Below are positions 49,901 through 64,000 of a stretch of 64,000 nt of DNA, in pieces (within the stretch, counting starts at the first letter, position 1; every line of letters begins with the position of its first letter). The position numbers were made by a program, and so were the translations under genes. Under the pieces are notes generated by a model. That model did no database searches. It saw nothing but the letters and a program-made list of their open reading frames with translations, and was not told the origin of the DNA. The stretch covers positions 10,510,848-10,574,847 of the forward strand of contig NC_092673.1 of assembly GCF_964355755.1 (NCBI RefSeq), written 5' to 3'. The stretch is from Antedon mediterranea. Its lineage: Eukaryota > Animalia > Echinodermata.

Positions 49901-52900
49901 CTGATCTATCTCTCTCTCGCTGATCTATCTCTCTCTCGTTGATCTATCTCTCTCTCGCTTATCTATCTCTCTCTCGCTGATCTACCTCTCTCTCGCTGAT
50001 CTATCTCTCTTTCTCTCGCTGATCTATCTCTCTCTCGCTGATATATCTCTCTCTCGCTGATCTAACTCTCTCGCTGATCTATCTCTCTCTCGCTGATCTA
50101 TCTCTTTCTCGCTGATCTATCTCTCTCTCGCTGATCTATCTCTCTCTCGCTGATCTATCTCTCTCTCGCTGATCTATCTCTCTCTCGCTGATCTATCTCT
50201 CTCTCGCTGATCTATCTCTCTCTCGCTGATCTATCTCTCTCTCGTTGATCTATCTCTCTCTCGCTTATCTATCTCTCTCTCGCTGATCTACCTCTCTCTT
50301 GCTGATCTATCTCTCTCTCTCTCGCTGATCTATCTCTCTCTCGCTGATATATCTCTCTCTCGCTGATCTAACTCTCTCGCTGATCTATCTCTCTCTCGCT
50401 GATCTATCTCTTTCTCGCTGATCTATCTCTCTCTCGCTGATCTATCTCTCTCTCGCTGATCTATCTCTCTCTCGCTGATCTATCTCTTTCTCGCTGATCT
50501 ATCTCTCTCTCGCTGATCTATCTCTCTCTCGCTGATCTATCACTCTCTCTCGATGATCTATCTCTCTCTCTCTCGCTGATCTATCTCTCTTTCTCGCTGA
50601 TCTATCTCTCTCTCGCTGATCTATCTCTCTCGCTGATCTATCTCTCTCTCGCTGATCTATCTCTCTCTCTCTCGATGATCTATCTCTCTCTCGCTGATCT
50701 ATCTCTCTCTTGCTGATCTATCTCTCTCTCGCCGATCTATCTCTCTCTCGCTGATCTATCTCTCTCTTGCTGATCTATATCTCTCTCGCTGATCTATCTC
50801 TCTCTCGCTGATCTTTCTCTCTCTCTGGCTGATCTATCTCTCTCTCTCGCTGATCTATCTCTCTCGCTGATCTATCTCTCTCTCGCTGATCTATCTCTCT
50901 CTCTCGCTGATCTATCTCTCTCGCTGATCTATCTTTCTCTCGCTGATCTATCTCTCTCTCTCTCGCGCTGATCTATCTCTCTCTCGCTGATCTATCCCTC
51001 TCTCGCAGATCCATCTCTCTCTCGCTGATCTATCTCTCTCTCGCTGATCTATCTCCCTCGCTGTTCTATCTCTCTCTAGTTGATCTATCTCTCTCTCGCT
51101 GATCTATCTCTCTCTCGCTGATCTATCTCTCTCTTGCTGATCTATCTCTCTCTCTCGCTGATCTATCTCTCTCTCGCTGATCTATCTCTCTCTCTCTTGC
51201 TGATCTATCACTCTCTCTCGCTGATCTATCTCTCTCTCGCACTGATCTATCTCTCTCTCTCTCGCTGATCTATCTCTATCTCTCACTGATCTATCTCTCT
51301 CTCTCGCTGATCTATCTCTCTCTCTCGCTGATCTATCTCTAGTTCTCTGTCGCTGATCTGTCTCTAGCTCTCTCTCGCTGATCTATCTCTCTCTGTCGCT
51401 GATCTATCTCTCTCTGTTCGTTATCTATCTCTCTCTGTCGCTGATCTATATCTCTCTGTCGCTGATCTATCTCCCTCTGTCGCTGATCTATCTCTCTCTG
51501 TCGCTGATCTATCTCTCTCTGTCGCTGATCTATCTCTCTATCTCTCTCTCGCTGATCTATCTCTCTCGCTGATCTATCTCTCTCTCGCTGATCTATCTCC
51601 CTCTCGCTGATCTATTTCTCTCTCTCTGATCTATCTCTCTCTCGCTGATCTATCTCTCTCGCTGATCTATCTCTCTCTCTCTCGCTGATCTATCTCTCTC
51701 TCGCTGATCTATCTCTCTCTCGCTGATCTATCTGTCACTCGTTGATCTATCTCTCTCTCGCTGATCTATCTCTCTCTCTCTCTCGCTGATCTATCTCTCT
51801 CTCGCTGATCTATCTCTCTCTCGCTGATCTATCTCTCTCTCGCTGATCTATCTCTCTCTCTCTCGCTGATCTATCTCTCTCGCTGATCTTTCTCTCTCTC
51901 GCTGATCTATCTCTCTCTCTCGCTGATCTATCTCTCTCTCGCTGATCTATCTCTCTCTCGCTGATCTATCTCTCTCTCTCGCTGATCTATCACTCTCTCT
52001 CGCTGATCTATCTCTCTCTCTCTCACTGATCTATCTCTCTCTCTCGCTGATCTATCTCTCTCTCGCTGATCTATCTCTCTCTCGCTGATCTATCTCTCTC
52101 GCTGATCTATCTCTCTCTCGCTGATCTATCTCTCTCTCGCTGATCTATCTCTCTCTCGCTGATCTATCTCTCGCTGATCTATCTCTCTCTCGCTGATCTG
52201 TCTCTCTCTCGCTGATCTATCTCTCTCTCGCTGATCTATCTCTCTCTCGCTGATCTATCTCTCTCTCGCTGATCTATCTCTCTCTCGCTTATCTATCTCT
52301 CTCTCGCTGATCTACCTCTCTCTCGCTGATATATCTCTCTCTCTTGCTGATCTATCTCTCTCTCGCTGATATATCTCTCTCTCGCTAATCTATCTCTCTC
52401 TCGCTGATATATCTCTTTCTCGCTGATCTATCTCTCTCTCGCTTATCTATCTCTCTCTCGCTGATCTATCTCTCTCTCGCTGATCTATCTCTCTCTCGCC
52501 GATCTATCTCTCTCTCTCGCTGATCTATCTCTCTCTTGCTGATCTATCTCTCTCTCGCCGATCTATCTCTCTCTCGCTGATCTATCTCTCTCTTGCTGAT
52601 CTATATCTCTCTCGCTGATCTATCTCTCTCTCGCTGATCTTTCTCTCTCTCTGGCTGATCTATCTCTCTCTCTCGCTGATCTATCTCTCTCGCTGATCTA
52701 TCTCTCTCTCGCTGATCTATCTCTCTCTCTCGCTGATCTATCTCTCTCGCTGATCTATCTTTCTCTCGCTGATCTATCTCTCTCTCTCTCGCGCTGATCT
52801 ATCTCTCTCTCGCTGATCTATCCCTCTCTCGCAGATCCATCTCTCTCTCGCTGATCTATCTCTCTCTCGCTGATCTATCTCCCTCGCTGTTCTATCTCTC

Positions 52901-55900
52901 TCTAGTTGATCTATCTCTCTCTCGCTGATCTATCTCTCTCTCGCTGATCTATCTCTCTCTTGCTGATCTATCTCTCTCTCTCGCTGATCTATCTCTCTCT
53001 CGCTGATCTATCTCTCTCTCTCTTGCTGATCTATCACTCTCTCTCGCTGATCTATCTCTCTCTCGCACTGATCTATCTCTCTCTCTCTCGCTGATCTATC
53101 TCTATCTCTCACTGATCTATCTCTCTCTCTCGCTGATCTATCTCTCTCTCTCGCTGATCTATCTCTAGTTCTCTGTCGCTGATCTGTCTCTAGCTCTCTC
53201 TCGCTGATCTATCTCTCTCTGTCGCTGATCTATCTCTCTCTGTTCGTTATCTATCTCTCTCTGTCGCTGATCTATATCTCTCTGTCGCTGATCTATCTCC
53301 CTCTGTCGCTGATCTATCTCTCTCTGTCGCTGATCTATCTCTCTCTGTCGCTGATCTATCTCTCTATCTCTCTCTCGCTGATCTATCTCTCTCGCTGATC
53401 TATCTCTCTCTCGCTGATCTATCTCCCTCTCGCTGATCTATTTCTCTCTCGCTGATCTATCTCTCTCTCGCTGATCTATCTCTCTCGCTGATCTATCTCT
53501 CTCTCTCTCGCTGATCTATCTCTCTCGCTGATCTATCTCTCTCTCTCTCGCTGATCTATCTCTCTCTCGCTGATCTATCTCTCTCTCGCTGATCTATCTG
53601 TCACTCGTTGATCTATCTCTCTCTCGCTGATCTATCTCTCTCTCGCTGATCTATCTCTCTCTCGCTGATCTATCTCTCTCTCTCGCTGATCTATCTCTCT
53701 CGCTGATCTATCTCTCTCTCGCTGATCTATCTTTCTCTCTCGCTGATCTATCTCTCTCTCGCTGATCTATCTCTCTCTCGCTGATCTATCTCTCTCTCTC
53801 GCTGATCTATCACTCTCTCTCGCTGATCTATCTCTCTCTCTCTCACTGATCTATCTCTCTCTCTCGCTGATCTATCTCTCTCTCGCTGATCTATCTCTCT
53901 CGCTGATCTATCTCTCTCTCGCTGATCTATCTCTCTCTCGCTGATCTATCTCTCTCTCGCTGATCTATCTCTCTCTCGCTGATCTATCTCTCTCTCGCTG
54001 ATCTGTCTCTCTCTCGCTGATCTATCTCTCTCTCGCTGATCTATCTCTCTCTCGCTGATCTATCTCTCTCTCGCTGATCTATCTCTCTCTCGCTTATCTA
54101 TCTCTCTCTCGCTGATCTACCTCTTTCTCGCTGATATATCTCTCTCTCTTGCTGATCTATCTCTCTCTCGCTGATATATCTCTCTCTCGCTGATCTAACT
54201 CTCTCGCTGATCTATCTCTCTCTCGCTGATATATCTCTTTCTCGCTGATCTATCTCTCTCTCGCTTATCTATCTCTCTCTCGCTGATCTATCTCTCTCTC
54301 GCTGATCTATCTCTCTCTCGCCGATCTATCTCTCTCTCTCGCTGATATATCACTCTCTCTCGCTGATCTATCTCTCTCTCTCTCGCTGATCTATCTCTCT
54401 CTCTCGCTGATCTATCTCTCTCTCGCTGATCTATCTCTCTCGCTGATCTATCTCTCTCTCTCGCTGATCTATCTCTCTCTCTCGCTGATCTATCTCTCTC
54501 TCGCTGATCTATCTCTCTCTCTCGCTGATCTATCTCTCTCTCGCTGATCTGTCTCTCTCTCGCTGATCTATCTCTCTCTCGCTGATATAAATCTCCCCCG
54601 CTGATCTATCTCTCTCTCGCTAATCTATCTCTCTCTCGCTGATCTATCTCTCTCTCTTGCTGATCTATCTCTCTCGCTGATCTATCTCTCTCTCGCTGAT
54701 CTATCTCTCTCTCGCTGAAATATCTCTCTCTCGCTGATCTATCTCTCTCTCGCTGATCTATCTCTCTCTCTCTCGCTGATCTATCACTCTCTCTCGCTGA
54801 TCTATCTCTCTCTCTCGCTGATCTATCTCTCTCTCGCTGATCTATCTCTCTCTCGCTGATCTATCTCACTCGCTGATCTATCTCTCTCTCTCTGATCTAT
54901 CTCTCTCTCTCTCTCGCTGATCTATCTCTCTCTCGCTGATCTATCTCTCTCTTGCTGATCTATCTCTCTCTCTCGCTAATCTGTCTCTCTCTCGCTGATC
55001 TATCTCTCTCTCGCTGATCTATCTCTCTCTCGCTGATCTATCTCTCTCTCGTTGATCTATCTCTCTCGCTTATCTATCTCTCTCTCGCTGATCTACCTCT
55101 CTCTCGCTGATCTATCTCTCTCTCTCTCGCTGATCTATCTCTCTCTCGCTGATATATCTCTCTCTCGCTGATCTAACTCTCTCGCTGATCTATCTCTCTC
55201 TCTCGCTGATCTATCTCTCTCTCGCTGATCTATCTCTCTCTCTCTTGCTGATCTATCACTCTCTCTCGCTGATCTATCTCTCTCTCGCACTGATCTATCT
55301 CTCTCTCTCTCGCTGATCTATCTCTATCTCTCACTGATCTATCTCTCTCTCTCGCTGATCTATCTCTCTCTCTCGCTGATCTATCTCTAGTTCTCTGTCG
55401 CTGATCTGTCTCTAGCTCTCTCTCGCTGATCTATCTCTCTCTGTCGCTTATCTATCTCTCTCTGTTCGTTATCTATCTCTCTCTGTCGCTGATCTATATC
55501 TCTCTGTCGCTGATCTATCTCCCTCTGTCGCTGATCTATCTCTCTCTGTCGCTGATCTATCTCTCTCTGTCGCTGATCTTTCTCTCTATCTCTCTCTCGC
55601 TGATCTATCTCTCTCGCTGATCTATCTCTCTCTCGCTGATCTATCTCCCTCTCGCTGATCTATTTCTCTCTCTCTGATCTATCTCTCTCTCGCTGATCTA
55701 TCTCTCTCGCTGATCTATCTCTCTCTCTCTCGCTGATCTATCTCTCTCTCGCTGATCTATCTCTCTCTCGCTGATCTATCTGTCACTCGTTGATCTATCT
55801 CTCTCTCGCTGATCTATCTCTCTCTCTCTCTCGCTGATCTATCTCTCTCTCGCTGATCTATCTCTCTCTCGCTGATCTATCTCTCTCTCGCTGATCTATC

Positions 55901-58900
55901 TCTCTCTCGCTGATCTATCTCTCTCTCTCGCTGATCTATCTCTCTCGCTGATCTTTCTCTCTCTCGCTGATCTATCTCTCTCTCTCGCTGATCTATCTCT
56001 CTCTCGCTGATCTATCTCTCTCTCGCTGATCTATCTCTCTCTCTCGCTGATCTATCACTCTCTCTCGCTGATCTATCTCTCTCTCTCTCACTGATCTATC
56101 TCTCTCTCTCGCTGATCTATCTCTCTCTCGCTGATCTATCTCTCTCGCTGATCTATCTCTCTCTCGCTGATCTATCTCTCTCTCGCTGATCTATCTCTCT
56201 CTCGCTGATCTATCTCTCTCTCGCTGATCTATCTCTCTCTCGCTGATCTGTCTCTCTCTCGCTGATCTATCTCTCTCTCGCTGATCTATCTCTCTCTCGC
56301 TGATCTATCTCTCTCTCGCTGATCTATCTCTCTCTCGCTTATCTATCTCTCTCTCGCTGATCTACCTCTCTCTCGCTGATATATCTCTCTCTCTTGCTGA
56401 TCTATCTCTCTCTCGCTGATATATCTCTCTCTCGCTGATCTAACTCTCTCGCTGATCTATCTCTCTCGCTGATATATCTCTTTCTCGCTGATCTATCTCT
56501 CTCTCGCTGATATATCTCTTTCTCGCTGATCTATCTCTCTCTCGCTTATCTATCTCTCTCTCGCTGATCTATCTCTCTCTCGCTGATCTATCTCTCTCTC
56601 GCCGATCTATCTCTCTCTCTCGCTGATCTATCTCTCTCTTGCTGATCTATCTCCTCTCTCGCCGATCTATCTCTCTCTCGCTGATCTATCTCTCTCTTGC
56701 TGATCTATATCTCTCTCGCTGATCTATCTCTCTCTCGCTGATCTTTCTCTCTCTCTGGCTGATCTATCTCTCTCTCTCGCTGATCTATCTCTCTCGCTGA
56801 TCTATCTCTCTCTCGCTGATCTATCTCTCTCTCTCGCTGATCTATCTCTCTCGCTGATCTATCTTTCTCTCGCTGATCTATCTCTCTCTCTCTCGCGCTG
56901 ATCTATCTCTCTCTCGCTGATCTATCCCTCTCTCGCAGATCCATCTCTCTCTCGCTGATCTATCTCTCTCTCGCTGATCTATCTCCCTCGCTGTTCTATC
57001 TCTCTCTAGTTGATCTATCTCTCTCTCGCTGATCTATCTCTCTCTCGCTGATCTATCTCTCTCTTGCTGATCTATCTCTCTCTCTCGCTGATCTATCTCT
57101 CTCTCGCTGATCTATCTCTCTCTCTCTTGCTGATCTATCACTCTCTCTCGCTGATCTATCTCTCTCTCGCACTGATCTATCTCTCTCTCTCTCGCTGATC
57201 TATCTCTATCTCTCACTGATCTATCTCTCTCTCTCGCTGATCTATCTCTCTCTCTCGCTGATCTATCTCTAGTTCTCTGTCGCTGATCTGTCTCTAGCTC
57301 TCTCTCGCTGATCTATCTCTCTCTGTCGCTGATCTATCTCTCTCTGTTCGTTATCTATCTCTCTCTGTCGCTGATCTATATCTCTCTGTCGCTGATCTAT
57401 CTCCCTCTGTCGCTGATCTATCTCTCTCTGTCGCTGATCTATCTCTCTCTGTCGCTGATCTATCTCTCTATCTCTCTCTCGCTGATCTATCTCTCTCGCT
57501 GATCTATCTCTCTCTCGCTGATCTATCTCCCTCTCGCTGATCTATTTCTCTCTCGCTGATCTATCTCTCTCTCGCTGATCTATCTCTCTCGCTGATCTAT
57601 CTCTCTCTCTCTCGCTGATCTATTCTCTCTCTCGCTGATCTATCTCTCTCTCGCTGATCTATCTGTCACTCGTTGATCTATCTCTCTCTCGCTGATCTAT
57701 CTCTCTCTCTCTCGCTGATCTATCTCTCTCTCGCTGATCTATCTCTCTCTCGCTGATCTATCTCTCTCTCGCTGATCTATCTCTCTCTCTCGCTGATCTA
57801 TCTCTCTCGCTGATCTATCTCTCTCTCGCTGATCTATCTTTCTCTCTCGCTGATCTATCTCTCTCTCGCTGATCTATCTCTCTCTCGCTGATCTATCTCT
57901 CTCTCTCGCTGATCTATCACTCTCTCTCGCTGATCTATCTCTCTCTCTCTCACTGATCTATCTCTCTCTCTCGCTGATCTATCTCTCTCTCGCTGATCTA
58001 TCTCTCTCGCTGATCTATCTCTCTCTCGCTGATCTATCTCTCTCTCGCTGATCTATCTCTCTCTCGCTGATCTATCTCTCTCTCGCTGATCTATCTCTCT
58101 CTCGCTGATCTGTCTCTCTCTCGCTGATCTATCTCTCTCTCTCGCTGATCTATCTCTCTCTCGCTGATCTATCTCTCTCTCGCTGATCTATCTCTCTCTC
58201 GCTTATCTATCTCTCTCTCGCTGATCTACCTCTTTCTCGCTGATATATCTCTCTCTCTTGCTGATCTATCTCTCTCTCGCTGATATATCTCTCTCTCGCT
58301 GATCTAACTCTCTCGCTGATCTATCTCTCTCTCGCTGATATATCTCTTTCTCGCTGATCTATCTCTCTCTCGCTTATCTATCTCTCTCTCGCTGATCTAT
58401 CTCTCTCTCGCTGATCTATCTCTCTCTCGCCGATCTATCTCTCTCTCTCGCTGATATATCACTCTCTCTCGCTGATCTATCTCTCTCTCTCTCGCTGATC
58501 TCTCTCGCTGATCTATCTCTCTCTCGCTGATCTATCTCTCTCGCTGATCTATCTCTCTCTCTCTCGCTGATCTATCTCTCTCTCTCGCTGATCTATCTCT
58601 CTCTCGCTGATCTATCTCTCTCTCTCGCTGATCTATCTCTCTCTCGCTGATCTGTCTCTCTCTCGCTGATCTATCTCTCTCTCGCTGATATAAATCTCCC
58701 CCGCTGATCTATCTCTCTCTCGCTAATCTATCTCTCTCTCGCTGATCTATCTCTCTCTCTTGCTGATCTATCTCTCTCGCTGATCTATCTCTCTCTCGCT
58801 GATCTATCTCTCTCTCGCTGAAATATCTCTCTCTCGCTGATCTATCTCTCTCTCGCTGATCTATCTCTCTCTCTCTCGCTGATCTATCACTCTCTCTCGC

Positions 58901-61900
58901 TGATCTATCTCTCTCTCTCGCTGATCTATCTCTCTCTCTCGCTGATCTATCTCTCTCTCGCTGATCTATCTCACTCGCTGATCTATCTCTCTCTCGCTGA
59001 TCTATCTCTCTCTCTCTCTCGCTGATCTATCTCTCTCTCGCTGATCTATCTCTCTCTTGCTGATCTATCTCTCTCTCTCGCTGATCTGTCTCTCTCTCGC
59101 TGATCTATCTCTCTCTCGCTGATCTATCTCTCTCTCGCTGATCTATCTCTCTCTCGTTGATCTATCTCTCTCGCTTATCTATCTCTCTCTCGCTGATCTA
59201 CCTCTCTCTCGCTGATCTATCTCTCTCTCTCTCGCTGATCTATCTCTCTCTCGCTGATATATCTCTCTCTCGCTGATCTAACTCTCTCGCTGATCTATCT
59301 CTCTCTCTCGCTGATCTATCTCTCTCTCGCTGATCTATCTCTCTCTCTCTTGCTGATCTATCACTCTCTCTCGCTGATCTATCTCTCTCTCGCACTGATC
59401 TATCTCTCTCTCTCTCGCTGATCTATCTCTATCTCTCACTGATCTATCTCTCTCTCTCGCTGATCTATCTCTCTCTCTCGCTGATCTATCTCTAGTTCTC
59501 TGTCGCTGATCTGTCTCTAGCTCTCTCTCGCTGATCTATCTCTCTCTGTCGCTTATCTATCTCTCTCTGTTCGTTATCTATCTCTCTCTGTCGCTGATCT
59601 ATATCTCTCTGTCGCTGATCTATCTCCCTCTGTCGCTGATCTATCTCTCTCTGTCGCTGATCTATCTCCCTCTGTCGCTGATCTATCTCTCTATCTCTCT
59701 CTCGCTGATCTATCTCTCTCGCTGATCTATCTCTCTCTCGCTGATCTATCTCCCTCTCGCTGATCTATTTCTCTCTCTCTGATCTATCTCTCTCTCGCTG
59801 ATCTATCTCTCTCGCTGATCTATCTCTCTCTCTCTCGCTGATCTATCTCTCTCTCGCTGATCTATCTCTCTCTCGCTGATCTATCTGTCACTCGTTGATC
59901 TATCTCTCTCTCGCTGATCTATCTCTCTCTCTCTCTCGCTGATCTATCTCTCTCTCGCTGATCTATCTCTCTCTCGCTGATCTATCTCTCTCTCGCTGAT
60001 CTATCTCTCTCTCTCGCTGATCTATCTCTCTCGCTGATCTTTCTCTCTCTCGCTGATCTATCTCTCTCTCTCGCTGATCTATCTCTCTCTCGCTGATCTA
60101 TCTCTCTCTCGCTGATCTATCTCTCTCTCTCGCTGATCTATCACTCTCTCTCGCTGATCTATCTCTCTCTCTCTCACTGATCTATCTCTCTCTCTCGCTG
60201 ATCTATCTCTCTCTCGCTGATCTATCTCTCTCGCTGATCTATCTCTCTCTCGCTGATCTATCTCTCTCTCGCTGATCTATCTCTCTCTCGCTGATCTATC
60301 TCTCTCTCGCTGATCTATTTCTCTCTCGCTGATCTGTCTCTCTCTCGCTGATCTATCTCTCTCTCGCTGATCTATCTCTCTCTCGCTGATCTATCTCTCT
60401 CTCGCTGATCTATCTCTCTCTCGCTGATCTATCTCTCTCTCGCTTATCTATCTCTCTCTCGCTGATCTACCTCTCTCTCGCTGATATATCTCTCTCTCTT
60501 GCTGATCTATCTCTCTCTCGCTGATATATCTCTCTCTCGCTGATCTAACTCTCTCGCTGATCTATCTCTCTCGCTGATATATCTCTTTCTCGCTGATCTA
60601 TCTCTCTCTCGCTTATCTATCTCTCTCTCGCTGATCTATCTCTCTCTCGCTGATCTATCTCTCTCTCGCCGATCTATCTCTCTCTCTCGCTGATCTATCT
60701 CTCTCTTGCTGATCTATCTCTCTCTCGCCGATCTATCTCTCTCTCGCTGATCTATCTCTCTCTTGCTGATCTATATCTCTCTCGCTGATCTATCTCTCTC
60801 TCGCTGATCTTTCTCTCTCTCTGGCTGATCTATCTCTCTCTCTCGCTGATCTATCTCTCTCGCTGATCTATCTCTCTCTCGCTGATCTATCTCTCTCTCT
60901 CGCTGATCTATCTCTCTCGCTGATCTATCTTTCTCTCGCTGATCTATCTCTCTCTCTCTCGCGCTGATCTATCTCTCTCTCGCTGATCTATCCCTCTCTC
61001 GCAGATCCATCTCTCTCTCGCTGATCTATCTCTTTCTCGCTGATCTATCTCCCTCGCTGTTCTATCTCTCTCTAGTTGATCTATCTCTCTCTCGCTGATC
61101 TATCTCTCTCTCGCTGATCTATCTCTCTCTTGCTGATCTATCTCTCTCTCTCGCTGATCTATCTCTCTCTCGCTGATCTATCTCTCTCTCTCTTGCTGAT
61201 CTATCACTCTCTCTCGCTGATCTATCTCTCTCTCGCACTGATCTATCTCTCTCTCTCTCGCTGATCTATCTCTATCTCTCACTGATCTATCTCTCTCTCT
61301 CGCTGATCTATCTCTCTCTCTCGCTGATCTATCTCTAGTTCTCTGTCGCTGATCTGTCTCTAGCTCTCTCTCGCTGATCTATCTCTCTCTCTCGCTGATC
61401 TATCTCTCTCTGTTCGTTATCTATCTCTCTCTGTCGCTGATCTATATCTCTCTGTCGCTGATCTATCTCCCTCTGTCGCTGATCTATCTCTCTCTGTCGC
61501 TGATCTATCTCTCTCTGTCGCTGATCTATCTCTCTATCTCTCTCTCGCTGATCTATCTCTCTCGCTGATCTATCTCTCTCTCGCTGATCTATCTCCCTCT
61601 CGCTGATCTATTTCTCTCTCGCTGATCTATCTCTCTCTCGCTGATCTATCTCTCTCGCTGATCTATCTCTCTCTCTCTCGCTGATCTATCTCTCTCTCGC
61701 TGATCTATCTCTCTCTCGCTGATCTATCTGTCACTCGTTGATCTATCTCTCTCTCGCTGATCTATCTCTCTCTCTCTCGCTGATCTATCTCTCTCTCGCT
61801 GATCTATCTCTCTCTCGCTGATCTATCTCTCTCTCGCTGATCTATCTCTCTCTCTCGCTGATCTATCTCTCTCGCTGATCTATCTCTCTCTCGCTGATCT

Positions 61901-64000
61901 ATCTTTCTCTCTTGCTGATCTATCTCTCTCTCGCTGATCTATCTCTCTCTCGCTGATCTATCTCTCTCTCTCGCTGATCTATCACTCTCTCTCGCTGATC
62001 TATCTCTCTCTCTCTCACTGATCTATCTCTCTCTCTCGCTGATCTATCTCTCTCTCGCTGATCTATCTCTCTCGCTGATCTATCTCTCTCTCGCTGATCT
62101 ATCTCTCTCTCGCTGATCTATCTCTCTCTCGCTGATCTATCTCTCTCTCGCTGATCTATCTCTCTCTCGCTGATCTGTCTCTCTCTCGCTGATCTATCTC
62201 TCTCTCGCTGATCTATCTCTCTCTCGCTGATCTATCTCTCTCTCGCTGATCTATCTCTCTCTCGCTTATCTATCTCTCTCTCGCTGATCTACCTCTTTCT
62301 CGCTGATATATCTCTCTCTCTTGCTGATCTATCTCTCTCTCGCTGATATATCTCTCTCTCGCTGATCTAACTCTCTCGCTGATCTATCTCTCTCTCGCTG
62401 ATATATCTCTTTCTCGCTGATCTATCTCTCTCTCGCTTATCTATCTCTCTCTCGCTGATCTATCTCTCTCTCGCTGATCTATCTCTCTCTCGCCGATCTA
62501 TCTCTCTCTCTCGCTGATATATCACTCTCTCTCGCTGATCTATCTCTCTCTCTCTCTCTCGCTGATCTATCTCTCTCTCTCGCTGATCTATCTCTCTCTC
62601 GCTGATCTATCTCTCTCGCTGATCTATCTCTCTCTCGCTGATCTATCTCTCTCCTCTCGCTGATCTATCTCTCTCTCGCTGATCTATCTCTCTCTCTCGC
62701 TGATCTATCTCTCTCTCGCTGATCTGTCTCTCTCTCGCTGATCTATCTCTCTCTCGCTGATATAAATCTCCCCCGCTGATCTATCTCTCTCTCGCTAATC
62801 TATCTCTCTCTCGCTGATCTATCTCTCTCTCTTGCTGATCTATCTCTCTCGCTGATCTATCTCTCTCTCGCTGATCTATCTCTCTCTCGCTGAAATATCT
62901 CTCTCTCGCTGATCTATCTCTCTCTCGCTGATCTATCTCTCTCTCTCTCGCTGATCTATCACTCTCTCTCGCTGATCTATCTCTCTCTCTCGCTGATCTA
63001 TCTCTCTCTCTCGCTGATCTTCTCTCTCTCGCTGATCTATCTCACTCGCTGATCTATCTCTCTCTCGCTGATCTATCTCTCTCTCTCTCTCTCTCGCTGA
63101 TCTATCTCTCTCTCGCTGATCTATCTCTCTCTTGCTGATCTATCTCTCTCTCTCGCTGATCTGTCTCTCTCTCGCTGATCTATCTCTCTCTCGCTGATCT
63201 ATCTCTCTCTCGTTGATCTATCTCTCTCGCTTATCTATCTCTCTCTCGCTGATCTACCTCTCTCTCGCTGATCTATCTCTCTCTCTCTCGCTGATCTATC
63301 TCTCTCTCGCTGATATATCTCTCTCTCGCTGATCTAACTCTCTCGCTGATCTATCTCTCTCTCGCTGATCTATCTCTTTCTCGCTGATCTATCTCTCTCT
63401 CGCTGATCTATCTCTCTCTCGCTGATCTATCTCTCTCTCGCTGATCTATCTCTCTCTCGCTGATCTATCTCTCTCTCGCTGATCTATCTCTCTCTCGCTG
63501 ATCTATCTCTCTCTCGTTGATCTATCTCTCTCTCGCTTATCTATCTCTCTCTCTCGCTGATCTACCTCTCTCTTGCTGATCTATCTCTCTCTCTCTCGCT
63601 GATCTATCTCTCTCTCGCTGATATATCTCTCTCTCGCTGATCTAACTCTCTCGCTGATCTATCTCTCTCTCGCTGATCTATCTCTTTCTCGCTGATCTAT
63701 CTCTCTCTCGCTGATCTATCTCTCTCTCGCTGATCTATCTCTCTCTCGCTGGTCTATCTCTCTCTCGCTGATCTATCTCTCTCTCGCTGATCTATCTCTC
63801 TCTCGCTGATCTATCACTCTCTCTCGCTGATCTATCTCTCTCTCTCTCGCTGATCTATCTCTCTTTCTCGCTAATCTATCTCTCTCTCGCTGATCTATCT
63901 CTCTCGCTGATCTATCTCTCTCTCTCTGATCTATCTCTCTCTCTCTCGATGATCTATCTCTCTCTCGCTGATCTATCTCTCTCTCGCTGATCTATCTCTC
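28939..64000. repeat. Satellite array >35 kb, unit CGCTGATCTAT(CT)n (mostly 19 bp; 17-25 bp variants), runs off the window end
   Basis: Uninterrupted head-to-tail units (about 1800, estimated from length divided by unit size) with recurrent variant blocks. Confidence 0.99.

Overview
AT-rich eukaryotic DNA, almost certainly an invertebrate animal, and nearly all repeat- or transposon-derived. 1-15 kb is decayed mobile DNA: two convergent Helitron/Helentron-like copies, a triplicated Penelope-like repeat with a degenerate hammerhead motif, LINE RT fragments, and a foldback around a Merlin fragment with a CACTA-type end inside it. 15.1-27.8 kb is an intron-rich gene for a Sola-like/DUF7869-type DDD transposase-like protein, whose spliced frame reads open from 21721 to 27804. 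A young 5.64-kb Gypsy-type LTR element (15400-21041; 298-bp LTRs, GTAG TSD, tRNA-Ser-like PBS, PPT) is inserted in that gene's 5' part. The element has no recognisable protease, RT, RNase H or integrase core. It carries an HhH-Gag ORF, a 253-bp-arm hairpin where pol should be, an integrase-tail/PHD finger remnant, and an intact 560-aa zinc-finger plus TatD-fold ORF with substituted catalytic residues behind its own splice acceptor. This element is the most unusual object in the window. 28.9-64 kb is a single >35-kb satellite of ~19-bp CGCTGATCTAT(CT)n units with kb-scale higher-order structure. All family assignments were made by eye from motifs, not from database searches.
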